Below, piece by piece: positions 1 to 25,208 of a DNA stretch of 64,000 bases. The notes under the pieces are model-generated. The model was not told where the DNA came from and ran no database searches. It was given only the letters and a program-made list of their open reading frames with translations. Source of the DNA: Macrostomum lignano (Eukaryota); NCBI GenBank assembly GCA_002269645.1, contig NIVC01000374.1:186001-250000 (forward strand). The letters are read 5' to 3'. The number at the start of each line of letters is the position of its first letter. Position 1 is the first letter of the stretch. Position numbers and translations under genes: made by a program.

Positions 1-292
1 TTGGGGATACCCGTAGATCATTGGGGATTCCCGTAGATCAATGGGAAATTCCGTAGATCATAGGGAAATCTCGTAGATCATAGGGAAATCTCGTAGATCA
101 TTGGGGAATTCCTTAAATCATTGGGGAATCCCGTAGATCATTGGGGAATCCCGTAGATCATTGGGGAATCCCGTAGATCATTGGGGAATCCCGTAGATCA
201 TAGGGGAATCCCGTAGATCGATGGGGAATCCTGTAGATCATTAGGGAATCCCGTAGATCATTGAGGAATCATTGATGTCATTGGGGAATCCC
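1..292. repeat. 20-bp minisatellite (TCCCGTAGATCATTGGGGAA)n in the intron upstream of the PTB-like exon
   Basis: Direct tandem copies visible at 20-nt period. Confidence 0.95.
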
Positions 293-389
293 TGATGTCG
301 TCTGGGAATATGGTAGAGCATTGTATAGAATCCTTGATGGCGAATAACTAGCCGACTGAGAAGCTTATTTTCTTCTTCCACCTTTCCAG

Positions 390-2308
<1,919 letters not shown>

Positions 2309-2434
2309 AGAAATCGAATGGCTCCCGATCTTCCCATTGCTCGACTCTAATTATGTTTGCGGACTTACCTACAGTAAAATATGTAAACAGTCTGTATCTG
2401 TAAACACATGATGCAGTCATGAGTTTGTGGTCGA

Positions 2435-3945
2435 TCAGTGACCTACTGAAGGTCCTGAAGGATATCAGTGACTTGCTGAAGGTCTAAGGATATCAGTGAC
2501 CTAATGAAGGTTTCTGAAGGATATCAGTGACCTAATAAAGGTTTCTGAAGGATATCAGTGACCTAATTAAGGTTTCTGAAGGATATCAGTGACCTAATGA
2601 AGGGTTCTGAAGGATATCAGTGACCTAATGAAGGGTTCTGAAGGATATCAGTGACCTAATGAAGGTTTCTGAAGGATATCAGTGACGTAATTAAGGTTTC
2701 TGAAGGATATCAGTGACCTAATGAAGGTTTCTGAAGGATATCAGTGACCTAATTAAGGTTTCTGAAGGATATCAGTGACCTAATGAAGGTTTCTGAAGGA
2801 TATCAGTGACCTAATGAAGGTTTCTGAAGGATATCAGTGACCTAATGAAGGTTTCTGAAGGATATCAGTGACCTAATGAAGGTTTTTGAAGGATATCAGT
2901 GACCTAATTAAGGTTTCTGAAGGATATCAGTGACGTAATTAAGGTTTCTGAAGGATATCAGTGACCTAATGAAGGTTTCTGAAGGATATCAGTGACCTAA
3001 TGAAGGTTTTTGAAGGATATCAGTGACCTAATGAAGGTTTCTGAAGGATATCAGTGACCTAATGAAGGTTTCTGAAGGATATCAGTGACCTAATGAAGGT
3101 TTCTGAAGGATATCAGTGACCTAATGAAGGTTTCTGAAGGATATCAGTGACCTAATGAAGGTTTCTGAAGGATATCAGTGACCTAATGAAGGTTTCTGAA
3201 GGATATCAGTGACCTAATGAAGGTTTCTGAAGGATATCAGTGACCTAATGAAGGTTTCTGAAGGATATCAGTGACCTAATGAAGGTTTCTGAAGGATATC
3301 AGTGACCTAATGAAGGTTTCTGAAGGATATCAGTGACGTAATTAAGGTTTCTGAAGGATATCAGTGACCTAATGAAGGTTTCTGAAGGATATCAGTGACC
3401 TAATGAAGGTTTTTGAAGGATATCAGTGACCTAATGAAGGTTTCTGAAGGATATCAGTGACGTAATTAAGGTTTCTGAAGGATATCAGTGACCTAATGAA
3501 GGTTTCTGAAGGATATCAGTGACCTAATGAAGGTTTCTGAAGGATATCAGTGACCTAATGAAGGTTTCTGAAGGATATCAGTGACCTAATGAAGGTTTCT
3601 GAAGGATATCAGTGACCTAATGAAGGTTTCTGAAGGATATCAGTGACCTAATGAAGGTTTCTGAAGGATATCAGTGACCTAATGAAGGTTTCTGAAGGAT
3701 ATCAGTGACCTAATGAAGGTTTCTGAAGGATATCAGTGACCTAATGAAGGTTTCTGAAGGATATCAGTGACCTAATGAAGGTTTCTGAAAAATATCAGTG
3801 ACCTAATGAAGGTTTTTGAAGGATATCAGTGACGTAATGAAGGTTTCTGAAGGATATCCATGACCTACTGAAGGTCCTGAAGGATATCAGTGACTTGCTG
3901 AAGGTCCAAGGATATCAGTGACCTATTGAAGGTCATAAAGGTCCT
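2435..3945. repeat. 31-bp minisatellite (GATATCAGTGACCTAATGAAGGTTTCTGAAG)n
   Basis: Homogeneous tandem array with 31-nt period and degenerate ends. Confidence 0.95.
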
Positions 3946-4699
3946 GAATTGAATTAAAGGTCCTGAAAGGTCCTGAATTGGATACAACCATTTCGAAAGC
4001 TGTTGCGAGATTGCTAATTATTACCATTACAAATGTACAATACTTTCAATGCACTTTAAGTTTTACCTACAACCAATGCGTAAAGTTTTTTGATTAACCA
4101 TAAATTGAATATTTGGCCTACAATAAGTATTATTGTTTGATTTAATAAAAAAACTGAATCTGCATTAAGGCTCCTACTTAAAGTAGGTAGAATGTCATTT
4201 CAATAAAAAAATCGTTGAATTTCTAACCTCAGTTGGTTGGTAACTGTTCACAAGAACTCTGTCACTATTTATTTAAATTATTAATACTTAAACAAAAATG
4301 TTTACAAACATCTTATAGTAAATTTGATTGCATGAAATGGAGGGCCGAATTCGTTGAAAGAAGAAAGTGATTGTCAAAAAGCCATATAAATCGAATGACT
4401 GGTTCGTCTAGAGCAAAATAGGAATGCATTAAAGCTCTGTTTATGATCTGAAATATACGCAAAAAGTTTATAAAAGGCGCAAAATGTTTTTGTTACAATA
4501 GTTTAGTTAATTAAGTCTAGGAGCGTAAAATTTATCGGATAAATCTTTTTAAGGCAATAAAACTTGGTTGATTGTTAAAATGGACTCTGTTTGTCAACGA
4601 AAATATCGATCAGTCAATTGTAAATATGATAGGGTGTGACGTACTTTAAAATAGGAGAGGGATTAGGGTCATAGACGTGATAGACTGACTGCTTGGGCT

Positions 4700-4985
4700 G
4701 AGGGTTGATAAGGGGAGTGAGTGTACATTGTCGGGGAAGGTGCTTGGGCTGGGGGTTGAAATGGGGAGTGAGTGTACAATGTCGGGGAAGGAGCTTGGGC
4801 TGGGGGTTGAAATGGGGAGTGAGTGTACATTGTCGGGGAAGGAGCTTGGGCTGGGGGTTGAAATGGGGAGTGAGTGTACATTGTCGGGGAAGGAGCTTGG
4901 GCTGGGGGTTGAAATGGGGAGTGAGTGTACATTGTCGGGGAAGGAGTTTGGGCTGGGGTTGAAACGAGGATTGAGTGTACATTGT
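4700..4985. repeat. 48-bp G-rich minisatellite
   Basis: About 6 copies of GAGTGAGTGTACATTGTCGGGGAAGGAGCTTGGGCTGGGGGTTGAAATGGG-type unit. Confidence 0.9.
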
Positions 4986-5463
4986 TAGCTGTGTAGGCTG
5001 ACGGTTGGCCTAAAATTTACGCGAACTAAAATTTCGAAATATAACTCAGAACAAGCAACACTAATAACAAATAAGTCATGCTAACAGTGTACTTTATAAA
5101 ATGAGCAATTGTTGTGCGAAAACTAATTACAAAGCACGTAGTTTGAAATGAATTTTGAAGATTGCAAAGAACTATTCCCGAAAAAGCAAAAATATCAAAT
5201 ATGCTGAATATAAAACAATCAAGAAATATTTATACCCACAACTTTGTCAAGAATTACATATATGCTCATCTTCTGTGACTCTGTGCCGTACTACTTTAAG
5301 TACAATTAAAACAAGCAATGCCCAGAAATCAGTTATTTAAGATGAACTCGGAATATATGCAATGTAGGTATGACACGATTCGAAACGTAATTTTGTCGTT
5401 TGTTCAACTAATATCCAATTCAAATTTACGCCAAAAAACCAGACACGACCGATAGACAATTTC

Positions 5464-5894
5464 CACAGATACCAAAAATAGCTAGATGGGCCACTCAGGC
5501 ATATACTTAGTAAAAAAGCTTTCTACTGTCAGTTCAGTAGCAAAGAAAAGTACATAAGCTATTTTATAAGAATAAAGGCAGCTGAAATTACTGATAAGCT
5601 TGCGGGCGTCTTGCTAATTGGTTCAGCAATAATGTACATTAGCCAGCCCACTGAAATATACATTGCCGATATAGGCTGGAATTCCGAGAAGGGCAATAAA
5701 AATTGGGGTGGGGTGGGGGGTAGTGTGGAAAGGCGCGGTTGGAGGGTTTAAGCTGGGGGGGGGGTAGCCTACTTATAAATGAACATTGGCTTTAAAAATA
5801 CATTAAAATGCTTCTGTTTAACTTAGCTACTGAACTGAAAGTAGTTTACACGCAAATGTGCTGAGTGGCCCATCTAGTTATTTTAGTATCTGTG
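5464..5894. mobile_element. Non-autonomous TIR DNA transposon (MITE family A, copy 1); CACAG...CTGTG termini, 8-bp TSD
   Basis: Left end CACAGATACCAAAAATAGCTAGATGGGCCACTCAG versus reverse complement of right end CACAGATACTAAAATAACTAGATGGGCCACTCAG. Flanking direct repeat ACAATTTC (5456-5463) / ACAATTTG (5895-5902). Confidence 0.8.
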
Positions 5895-5937
5895 ACAATT
5901 TGAGTTTCATTCTTCAAACCCACTATTTAAATAATCG

Positions 5938-8900
5938 TCAGGCCTTTCTAAAATCGCCGGTAACCAAGGTGACCGAACCGCTTGATCGCAAATTCTCGTC
6001 GTTACTACCGTATTGCGTGTAGGTGGCCGTTGCAACGTCGCTATCTCGCATCAGGGTGCGCTGATAGGCTCTGTCATACCAACGGGACAGGGGCAGAAAT
6101 AGCAGCAGAAATGCTGTAGCAACGCCGGCAAGCAGAAAGCAGAAGTACTCCAGATGGCCAGTGTTGATGTCCTCTGGTAGCCAGGGATCTGAGAGTGTGG
6201 GGAATCACCAAGAAGATTTGAAGTAAATACTAGCTAGCTTAAATTCTTTGAATAGCATTTTTCTGCGAGATCCTGGTCTAACAGGTGAGATTACGGTATA
6301 ACAGGCGAGATTCTGGTCTAACAGGTGAGATTACGGTATAACAGGTGAGATTCTGGTCTAACAGGTGAGATTACGGTATAACAGGTGAGATTCTGGTCTA
6401 ACAGGTGAGATTACAGTATAACAGGTGAGATCCTGGTCTAACAGGTGAGATTACGGTATAACAGGTGAGATTCTGGTCTAACAGGTGAGATTACGGTATA
6501 ACAGGTGAGATTCTGGTCTAACATGTGAGATTACGGTATAACAGGTGAGATTACGGTATAACAGGTGAGATTCTGGTCTAACAGGTGAGATTACGGTATA
6601 ACAGGTGAGATTCTGGTCTAACAGGTGAGATTAAGGTATAACAGGTGAGATCCTGGTCTAACAGGTGAGATTACGGTATAACAGGTGAGATTCTGGTCTA
6701 ACAGGTGAGATTACGGTATAACAGGTGAGATTCTGGTCTAACAGGTGAGATTACAGTATAACAGGTGAGATCCTGGTCTAACAGGTGAGATTACGGTATA
6801 ACAGGTGAGATTCTGGTCTAACAGGTGAGATTACGGTATAACAGGTGAGATTCTGGTCTAACATGTGAGATTACGGTATAACAGGTGAGATTACGGTATA
6901 ACAGGTGAGATTCTGGTCTAACAGGTGAGATTACGGTATAACAGGTGAGATTCTGGTCTAACAGGTGAGATTAAGGTATAACAGGTGAGATCCTGGTCTA
7001 ACAGGTGAGATTACGGTATAACAGGTGAGATTCTGGTCTAACAGGTGAGATTACGGTATAACAGGTGAGATTCTGGTCTAACAGGTGAGATTCTAGTCTT
7101 ACAGCTGAGATCCTGGTCTAACAGGTGAGATTATGGTCTAACCAGTGAGATCTTGGTCTAACAGGTGAGATTATGGTCTAACCGGTGAGATCCTGGTCTA
7201 ATAGATGAGGTCCTAATCTAACAGGTGAGATCCTGGTCTAATAGATGAGGTCCTAATCTAACAGGTAAGATCCTGGTCTAACAGGTGAGATCCTGGTCGA
7301 ACAGGTGAGATCCCGGTTTAACAGGTGAGACATCTATCTAACAGGTGAAACCTCACCAGCGGTGGTCGCTGCACCAACAATGGCTACCAGCAATGAGCCA
7401 AGATAAGAGCCCAGCCCGTTCATAGCCAAGTAGACGCCCATGGTGACGGACTTGAGCTGGTCCGGGCAGTTGTTGTACACCAGCTCCATGCCGGTGCTGG
7501 CAGCGAACACTTCTCCGGTGCCAATCAGGAAAAACTGCGGAATCTGTTGGAATGCGGGAATGGCAGACTGTCACACTGGGAATGACAGAATGTCACAATG
7601 GGAATGACAGACTGTCACACTGGGAATGACAGAATGTCACACTGGGAATGACAGACTGTCTCACTGGGAATGACAGAATGTCACAATGGGAATGACAGAC
7701 TATCACACTGGGAATGACAGACTGTCACACTGGGAATGACAGACTGTCACACTGGGAATGGCAGACTGTCACACTGGGAATGGCAGACTGTCACACTGGG
7801 AATGGCAGACTGTCACACTGGGAATGGCAGACTGTCACACTGGGAATGAATGAGGAGCATTGCAGACTAGTTCACAAACCTGCAGCAGGATATTCAAGTT
7901 CGAAGCATTATAAGTCCTTCCAGACAGTTCCTGCTCGAATCCGCCCGAACGATTCAGTTCGGATTTCCGCTGGATCTCCAAGAAACCGGCAATCACCACA
8001 GACACGATGGCCAGAGCAAAGCCCAGGCCGATTCGTTTCAATAGAGAAATCTTGGTTACAGCCGCAAAGCGACGAATCAGTGGGAAGATGACCAGATCCA
8101 GCAGGGGAGTCACCAGGATGATGGCTAAAGAGTTGAACAAAGACAGCGAGGCGGCTGGTAAACGAAACGTGCCGATGCTGAGGTCCATGCGCTCCGCCTG
8201 CAGCAGATAGGTGCTTTGCATCTGCGAGGGGAGTGCGGGGATCGCTTGATTGGTTCAACTTAGGAGGAGCTGATTGGAGGTAAAGGGCGGTTTCCACTCT
8301 ATAGACACACAGAGGAACAGATTGAGGGAAAGGGCGGTTTCCACTCTATAGACACACAGAGGAACAGATTGAGGGAAAGGGTGGTTTCCACTCTATAGAC
8401 ACAACAGAGGAACAGATTGAGGGAAAGGGCGGTTTCCATTCTATAGACACACAGAGGAACAGATTGAGGGAAAGGGCGGTTTCCATTCTATAGACACACA
8501 GAGGAACAGATTGAGGGAAAGGGTGGTTTCCACTCTATAGACACAGAGGAACAGATTGAGGGAAAGGGCAGTTTCCATTCTATAGACACAGAGGTACAGA
8601 TTGAGGGAAAGGGCAGTTTCCATTCTATAGACACAGAGGTACAGATTGAGGGAAAGGGCGGTTTCCATTCTATAGACACACAGAGGAACAGATTGAGGGA
8701 AAGGGCGGTTTCCATTCTATAGACACACAGAGGAACAGATTGAGGGAAAGGGTGGTTTCCACTCTATAGACACAGAGGAACAGATTGAGGGAAAGGGCAG
8801 TTTCCATTCTATAGACACAGAGGTACAGATTGAGGGAAAGGGCAGTTTCCATTCTATAGACACAGAGGTACAGATTGAGGGAAAGGGCGGTTTCCATTCT

Positions 8901-11900
8901 ATAGACACAACAGAGGTACAGATTGAGGGAAAGGGCAGTTTCCATTCTATAGACACAGAGGTACAGATTGAGGGAAAGGGCAGTTTCCATTCTATAGACA
9001 CAGAGGTACAGATTGAGGGAAAGGGCGGTTTCCACTCTATAGACACAGAGGTACAGATTGAGGGAAAGGGCAGTTTCCATTCTATAGACACAACAGAGGA
9101 ACAGATTGAGGGAAAGGGCAGTTTCCATTCTATAGACACAGAGGTACAGATTGAGGGAAAGGGCGGTTTCCACTCTATAGACACAACAGAGGAACAGATT
9201 GAGGGAAAGGGCAGTTTCCATTCTATAGACACAACAGAGGAACAGATTGAGGGAAAGGGCGGTTTCCACTCTATAGACACAACAGAGGAACAGATTGAGG
9301 GAAAGGGCGGTTTCCATTCTATAGACACAGAGGAACAGATTGAGGGAAAGGGTGGTTTCCCCTCTCTAGGCACAAAGGTACAGATTTGTACACGGTTAAA
9401 AAAAGCGACCTACCTGGTTATAGATGCACCAGAACCCAATGAAAGGCAGCATCAGCGGTATCAATATCAGCACCTGTTTGGTACCACGAACCACGTCCTC
9501 CGGATAGCGACCGCCATTAGAAATCTGAGCATAGTCTAGCCAAGACGGCAGGGAGTAGATACTGTTTGACTGGCTGGAGATGGCGTTACCCATCACCTTG
9601 AACAGTTGACCCAACGGGGAACCCGACGGCTTGGCCTCGTGAGTCATACAGGGCCTTGGCAACAGGAGCAAACTGATTGCCAATAGAATAGAAACAGCCG
9701 GTATCAGGTAGCCGGCAAAGAAGCTGACCTCCTGCTGAATGTAGGCAACAAAGGCGAAGGCTAAACCCGAGCCAATGTTGATGAACCAGTAGAACCAGGT
9801 GAAGAAGCGTTGAATTTCGCGTTGGCCCAAGTCTGCAACCTGATTGAGAGGTAATGGTGAGTCAGACGGTGCCAGAATAAGAGTCAGATGGCGCCAAAGT
9901 TGGTGAGTCAGGTGGCGCCAAAATGAGCGATTTAGAGGGCGTCAAAATTAATGAGTCAGGTGGCAACAAAATGGGTGAGTCAGGTGCATAATGCCAAAAT
10001 TGGTGAGTCAGGTGGCGCTAAAATGAGTGACTCATATGGCGCCAAAATTAGTGAGTCAGGTAGCACCAAAATGGGTGAGTCAGGTGGCGCCAAAATGGGT
10101 GAGTCAGATGGCGCCAAAATGGGTGAGTCAGGTAGCGCCAAAATGGGTGGGTCAAGTGGTGCCAAAATGGGTGAGTCAGATGGTGCCAAAATTAGTGAGT
10201 CAGGTGCATAGTGTCAAAATGGTTGAGTCAGGTAGCGCCAAAATGGGTGAGTCAGATGGCGCCAAAATGGGTGAGCCAGGTGCATAGTGTCAAAATGGGT
10301 GAGTCAGATGGTGCCAAAATGGTTGAGTCAGATGGTGCCAAAATTAGTGAGTCAGGTGCATAGTGTCAAAATGGTTGAGTCAGGTAGCGCCAAAATGGGT
10401 GAGTCAGATGGCGCCAAAATGGGTGAGTCAGGTAGCGCCAAAATGGGTGAGTCAGGTGGCGTCAAAATGGGTGAGTCAGGCGGCGCCAAAATGGGAGTCA
10501 GGTGGCGCCAAAAAGATGATTTGTAATTTTAATTTTGCAAATAATTTTGTCTTGTTTTTTCTTACCTGAAAGGCGCCAAACGTGCTGACATTGGATTTAA
10601 TGCCGCCTGTGCCGCAGGCTATGAGCACCAAGCCGGTGATGTAGAAAGCGCGAGCTGCTGTCTGAGGATTTTTGGTTGAGTTGTCAAATTAATTGTCAGG
10701 ATTATTAGACTCGGATTAGGCGCTGGAGATCGCCTGATCACACCTATAATAGTGTAAATTTTATAGCTAGATAAATAAGTTAGCTTCTAACTGGTTCAGT
10801 GAGGTAAATTTTTGGTGGTGATTAAACGCAAATAAGTAAATTTAAAGGGCGATTGCACCCCAATTAGGTAAATTCAAAGGGAGATTGCACCCCAATTAGG
10901 TAAATTCAAAGGGAGATTGCACCCTAATTAAGTAAATTTAAAGGGAGATTGCACCCTAATTAAGTAAATTTAAAGGGCGATTGCACCCCAATTAGGTAAA
11001 TTTAAAGGGCGATTGCACCTTAATTAGGTAAATTTAAAGGGCGATTGCACCCTAATTAAGTAAATTTAAAGGGCGATTGCACCTTAATTAAGTAAATTTA
11101 AAGGGCGATTGCACCTTAATTAGGTAAATTTAAAGGGCGATTGCACCCTAATTAAGTAAATTTAAAGGGCGATTGCACCCTAATTAAGTAAATTTAAAGG
11201 GCGATTGCACCCCAATTAGGTAAATTTAAAGGGCGATTGCACCTTAATTAGGTAAATTTAAAGGGCGATTGCACCCTAATTAAGTAAATTTAAAGGGCGA
11301 TTGCACCTTAATTAAGTAAATTTAAAGGGCGATTGCACCTTAATTAGGTAAATTTAAAGGGCGATTGCACCCTAATTAAGTAAATTTAAAGGGAGATTGC
11401 ACCCTAATTAAGTAAATTTAAAGGGCGATTGCACCCCAATTAGGTAAATTTAAAGGGCGATTGCACCTTAATTAGGTAAATTTAAAGGGCGATTGCACCC
11501 TAATTAAGTAAATTTAAAGGGCGATTGCACCTTAATTAAGTAAATTTAAAGGGCGATTGCACCTTAATTAGGTAAATTTAAAGGGCGATTGCACCCTAAT
11601 TAAGTAAATTTAAAGGGCGATTGCACCTTAATTAGGTAAATTTAAAGGGTGATTGCACCTCAATTAGGTAAATTTAAAGGACGATTGCATCTTAATTAGG
11701 TAAATTCAAAGGGAGATTGCACCACAATTAGGTTAATTTAAAGGACGATTGCATCTTAATTAGGTAAATTCAAAGGGAGATTGCACCACAATTAGGTAAA
11801 TTTAAAGGGTGATTGCACCCCAATTAGGTAAATTTAAAGGGCGATTGCACCCCAATTAGGTAAATTTAAAGGGCGATTGCACCTTAATTAGGTAAATTCA

Positions 11901-13074
11901 AAGGGAGATTGCACCTCAATTAGGTAAATTTAAAGGACGATTGCATCTTAATTAGGTAAATTCAAAGGGAGATTGCACCACAATTAGGTTAATTTAAAGG
12001 ACGATTGCATCTTAATTAGGTAAATTCAAAGGGAGATTGCACCACAATTAGGTAAATTTAAAGGGCGATTGCACCCTAATTAAGTAAATTTAAAGGGCGA
12101 TTGCACCCCAATTAAGTAAATTTAAAGGGCGATTGCACTCCAATTAAGTAAATTTAAAGGGCGATTGCACCTCAATTAGGTAAATTTAAAGGGCTATTGC
12201 ACCCTAATTAAGTAAATTTAAAGGGCGATTGCACCCCAATTAGGTAAATTTAAAGGGCGATTGCACCCCAATTAGGTAAATTTAAAGGGCGATTGCACCC
12301 CAATTAGGTAAATTTAAAGGGCGATTGCACCTTAATTAGGTAAATTTAAAGGGCGATTGCACCCTAATTAAGTAAATTTAAAGGGCGATTGCACCCCAAT
12401 TAAGTAAATTTAAAGGGCGATTGCACCTCAATTAGGTAAATTTAAAGGGCGATTGCACCTCAATTAGGTAAACTGCACCTAGATTAAAGCTTAATTCCAA
12501 TGCAAACATCTCTGTCTCACCGATATTAAACTATCCCGTCCCCCGCCCATTGAAATCGGGGATCAATACCTGATCAAGCTGCACCCCGAGCTGCTCATAG
12601 TCAAAGGCTACAGTAGGCAGCAGTGCGCAGCCAACGGCATAAATAAGGCCAGACAAGTACAAAGTGTTGTACCGACCGATCACAGAGTCGGCCAGCCAGC
12701 CTCCAAACATCGGAGTAAAGTACACTGTGCCCGAGAATACCAGAGTCCCAGTTAGTGCCGAGTTCGAATCGAAGCCCAAATGATTTTGTAGGAAAATGAG
12801 CAGATTAGCTATGATCGAATAATAAGTGAGCCGTTCGCATAATTCGCAGAACAGAATGCAGACAACAGCAATGCGAGAGGCTCTTGGCGTTTGCACTTGC
12901 TGGCCATCTTGAAGGAAATCGTTTTTTTTTATTATTATTTTTTATATCGTTTTTAAAGTGGACATTTACTAGAAAATATCGAGAAAGTACTGAAATATTA
13001 GAAATATAAAATTCACCTCTTCCATGAATTTGTAGGAGCGGCTTCAATTGGTCTTCCTCATCATAGCTTGCCAT
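5938..13074 (-). CDS. SLC15A4: SLC15A4-like (PHT/POT family) proton-coupled peptide/histidine transporter, 7 coding exons
   Basis: complement(join(5938-6188,7357-7543,7880-8221,9414-9839,10566-10661,12570-12907,13017-13074)); all junctions are GT-AG and phase-consistent. POT motifs: ELCERLTYY (ExxER), GGWLADSVIGRY, GTGGIKSNVSTFGAFQ, RFFTWFYWFINIG, IPQFFLIGTGEVF, INTGHLEYF. An N-terminal acidic dileucine-like motif DEEDQLKPLL is present. Confidence 0.9.
6266..7350. repeat. 20/40-bp minisatellite (ACAGGTGAGATTCTGGTCTA/ACAGGTGAGATTACGGTATA) in SLC15 intron 6
   Basis: Two alternating 20-mers; variant units recur at 340-bp spacing. Confidence 0.95.
7555..7845. repeat. 23-bp minisatellite (GGGAATGACAGACTGTCACACTG-type) in SLC15 intron 5
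   Basis: Tandem copies visible. Confidence 0.9.
8270..9375. repeat. 47-49-bp minisatellite in SLC15 intron 4
   Basis: Tandem units of GATTGAGGGAAAGGGCGGTTTCCATTCTATAGACACAGAGGAACA-type. Confidence 0.95.
9850..10515. repeat. ~24-bp minisatellite (AAAATGGGTGAGTCAGGTGGCGCC)n in SLC15 intron 3
   Basis: Tandem copies visible. Confidence 0.9.
10845..12475. repeat. 32-bp minisatellite (AATTAGGTAAATTTAAAGGGCGATTGCACCCC)n in SLC15 intron 2
   Basis: Tandem array with 32-nt period. Confidence 0.95.
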
Positions 13075-14165
13075 TGGCTAGTAAACAGCACAGAATTCAA
13101 TCTGAAGAAGTATATTTAAAAAGGTGATTTTTAAACCTGAAATGCATTAAATTCATTTTAATTAGAAAGTTTGCTTGAATAAAAAGGCCTAATAAATAAT
13201 AATAACGGTTAAATAATGCACGCATTCAGTGAACTTAAAACTCTCCACTTAGTACAATTTTTCCAATTTTTCAAATTTTGGAAAGAAAAAAGTTCCATGG
13301 TATAAATGATTGACTAGATAACTTAAGTTTTGGATTTAAATTGTATAAACAACTTTTTATTAGATAAAGAAATATTTTTCCAATACAACACTAACATCCC
13401 ACATGTAAGTAAAAATGTCCATCAAGCATCTATTTAGGCGTTAGCAACATTCTTGAGTTCTAGAATCTGTCTTGCCTAAAAATTGCAAGTTGGAATAATG
13501 TTGACGAAATAAGTTTGAAAGTTAAAATGTAAAGTACTAAAGATATCAACAACATAGATTCGAAATCAAAACAAGGTTGAAGGTTCTATCATTCAATATT
13601 TTAAGCTATTTAACATATTTGTCAAAAATCTAAGCGTTCTATACTATACCATTTCTGCAAAAACATCACCCAAAATATGACCCAGAAAATATCATTCCGA
13701 ATGATCAAGTTAAAATATCAGGACGAAGCGTGACTAAATAAAACAAAAAAGCAAAATGAATGAAGTGGTAGATGGCTGAAATATTTAAAATAAACATTTA
13801 GCGGTAAAAAGTCTGCACAATTTATTCAATGCTTTTGATTTTTCCTAACGTTTGGTACTGTGCAGAAATCCGATTGAATTACATCTTCGAAATGGATCTA
13901 AATAAACAAAAGAAACTTTTAATAAAAGTATTTATTTAGAGCTTAAGCATTGGTTAAATTTTATGGGCTGAATATAATACAGCTATTTAAAAGCGTTAAA
14001 TTGACGTTTCTTTAACAGTTTCCAGGATGCATAACAATTGTACATTTTAACTTAGCTTTGGCATTGTGCTTTTTAATCCCAGCTATTTTAACAATTGTTG
14101 GGAAAAATTCACAAAGTATTAAAAATCGAGCGTTCTTACGAGTAGTAGCTACTCATAATCCGAAA

Positions 14166-24074
<9,909 letters not shown>

Positions 24075-25208
24075 TGTGCCGATAAAAGTTATCTCTCAGC
24101 TAATTATTTTTTATGATCTCTCAGCTTAATTTCAAATTACAAATATAGACAAACTGATCAAACTGAACGGCGCTAATTTAAAATTCTAATTTGCTAACCG
24201 CAGTAAAACAAAACAGAATTGCACGTTGCGATTACAATTTCTTGCTGATAATAAATTCAGTTAATAATTCTTTTTGCAGGACGTTTATCAATTTACTTGT
24301 AAAGCTTCTCTTGTTTGTTTTAATTTTTTCTTCTACAACGGCAGAAAGTTTGTTTAACTAAGAGTATAAGCTTTTCACAAAATGAAAATTCTAAAAATTA
24401 GCAAGTAGCATGCACTGTATTTTACTTGTACTTTTTATTTGAAAAGCAAATGTATTTTATATTATTTCAAGCATTTACTAATAAAAGAACACCACACAAT
24501 CTTCTAAATTTCTCAAATCTTTAACAGAATTTTGAATAAGATAATCTCTATGAATTTGTTTTACTAATTTAGATCTATAGATTGTTCAATACATTCTTAC
24601 CAGCTGGTTTAAATCTTACAAGTATATAAACATCATTGTTATTAGCTATTTTAGCAGAGTTTTTCTTTCTATTTTTTGTCAACGGCAGTGCCGAATTCTA
24701 AGAAATACACAATTTAAATTTATTACGTATGTGTATACAATAAATGCTTGGAAATTAAACTGTCTCGCTATTTTTAAACAATCAGAAACATTTTATTTTT
24801 TAAGATGAGAGTTAGTTTTCTTATTATTTTGCTCCACTGCCGATATGCCAATCGAGATTTCGTAGTGGCCTCTTATAATTCGCTGGCTTTAGTGATTAAT
24901 CTCTCAAGCACACAAGATACGTACGCAGGGAGCAGCTCACACAAGGTGTACAGCAACAAGCCCTGACTTGCTTTGTCACCTGTGGAACCACCGTGCCTTA
25001 AGGCTTTGACACGTGTACCGTCATGTTCATGAAAATCAGTTAAGCTAGGTTCAAATCAATCACATATCTAGATACAATGAATAGAGAAAACTCATTTTTA
25101 CTGCAGTAATAAACTTGGTTTACTGAATGTCTTTTTTAAATTAAACCTTAAAGGCATAGCCGCCCAACAGCGATCCATAGCACAGCGCCGCAGGCAGGGC
25201 ACCCGAAT

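Noticed and set aside
2435-3945. Regular ~30-bp repeats suggestive of a CRISPR array (also 10845-12475)
   Set aside because: No unique spacers, eukaryotic context and no cas genes; these are plain minisatellites
8441-9373. Long repetitive ORFs (METALSLNL..., KPPFPSICS...)
   Set aside because: Translations of an intronic minisatellite lying between validated SLC15 exons
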